Source of the DNA: Planctomycetota bacterium
GTDB taxonomy: Bacteria > Planctomycetota > UBA1135 > UBA2386
DNA: 64,000 bases
Direction of reading: 5' to 3'
Assembly: GCA_965223545.1 (NCBI GenBank)
Contig: OZ245006.1
Coordinates: forward strand, 512,001-576,000
Below, piece by piece: positions 63,142 through 64,000 of this stretch. A model generated the notes under the pieces. The model did not search any database. It saw only the letters and a program-made list of their open reading frames with translations, and was not told where the DNA came from. Position 1 is the stretch's first letter; the number at the start of each line of letters is the position of its first letter. The position numbers and the translations under genes are program-made.

Positions 63142-64000
63142 TCATGAGACTTGCGCCGCCCGCAGGTCGCGGGCGAGCCAGCGGGGGACCACGCCGCAGA
63201 GCACCTCCTTGACCTGTCTCTTCGCGGCGTCCCCGAGCTCGCCCTCCGCGCCCCGCATGCACTTGCTGAGCGCATCGCTGGCGAGGCGCGCTTGCTGCAG
63301 AGTCAGGCCCCAGCTCATGTACTCGACGATGCGCATCTCGTTCGAGAGCTCGAGCCCGGCGTCCAGCACTTCGGCGGTCCCTGCGGCGACGAGGGCGGCG
63401 GCCTGGTCGGAGTCCATGGTCTCGTGCCGCCACTGCAGGCCTTCACCGCGGAGGCCGAACGTCTCCATGGCGCGACCGCGCACGGGAGCCTTGTCGACCA
63501 GGTAGAACTGGCCCAAGGCGACCGAGTCCGGGCGCGTGTCGAGCAGGAAGTCCAGCGTGTTGCGGAACGACTCCTCGGTCTCGCCCGGGTAGCCGACGAT
63601 CATGTTGATGTGAACGAACAGGCCGTGGCGTCGCGCCACGGCCAGGCCCTCGCGCGCGTCAGCGACGTCGTGTCCCTTGCGCATGAGCTTGAGGATGCGG
63701 TCGTCGCCGGACTCGACCCCGAAGAAGCAACCCCAGCAGCCCGCGCGACACATGAGCGCGGCGAGCTCGTCGGACAGGTCGTCGACGCGGCTGTAGCACG
63801 ACCACTCGAGGCCGAGATCGAGCTCGATCATGAGCCGGCAGACATCGAGCGGGTAGTCGCGGTAGCCCGGCGGACCGTCGGTGAAGTTCGAGTCGCCGAC
63901 CCGGTAGCGGGTGATGCCGAGTTCGGCATTGCGCACGAGCTCGGCGCGGACTTCGTCGAGCGGACGGACCACCTTGCCGCGGTCGTAGGCGCAGTAGAAG
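63142..64000 (-). CDS. Radical SAM protein (class B / B12-associated type), 5' part outside the window
   Basis: FYC (end of CxxxCxxC) at the window edge, DSNFT, RVD, AGC...FFGVESG...ILKLMRKG, IVGYPGET. Confidence 0.88.
   Translation of the reverse strand, partial: FYCAYDRGKVVRPLDEVRAELVRNAELGITRYRVGDSNFTDGPPGYRDYPLDVCRLMIELDLGLEWSCYSRVDDLSDELAALMCRAGCWGCFFGVESGDDRILKLMRKGHDVADAREGLAVARRHGLFVHINMIVGYPGETEESFRNTLDFLLDTRPDSVALGQFYLVDKAPVRGRAMETFGLRGEGLQWRHETMDSDQAAALVAAGTAEVLDAGLELSNEMRIVEYMSWGLTLQQARLASDALSKCMRGAEGELGDAAKRQVKEVLCGVVPRWLARDLRAAQVS

Overview
This is high-GC bacterial chromosomal DNA, most likely from an uncultured Planctomycetota-like lineage. That assignment is inferred from the ECF sigma/Ser-Thr kinase pair, the membrane-anchored ECF sigma and the many secreted repeat proteins. 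The window has five parts. (1) 1-26 kb: mostly secreted or surface proteins, many ending in a shared C-terminal domain. This part also holds a long-form GAPDH, an IS110 element whose non-coding left end carries candidate bridge-RNA guides, and a cobalamin-riboswitch operon (secreted protein, Dph6-like ATPase, BtuM/DUF6580-like transporter). (2) About 26.2-37.9 kb: a more AT-rich accessory island next to tRNA-Gly(CCC). It contains an ISKra4 element, a DUF2971-like gene, an intact IS66 inserted into an IS21 remnant, a 4-TM orphan and a degenerate second IS66 end. It also contains a tightly coupled Ser/Thr kinase, short UvrD-like helicase and unknown-protein operon, which is the best candidate here for an undescribed (defence-like) system. 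(3) 38-47.5 kb: a secreted zinc metalloprotease, a divergent ECF sigma/WD40 kinase pair and an FG-GAP protein. (4) 47.7-57.5 kb: an attenuator-controlled ilvD-ilvC-ilvG-ilvM-ilvE operon, AraC, a serine hydrolase and an SDR, with a 103-bp direct repeat. (5) 57.5-64 kb: a biosynthetic-type cluster (2 GNATs, FabB, adenylate-forming enzyme, methyltransferase, radical SAM) that runs off the window end. All family calls come from motif recognition by eye; no database searches were run.
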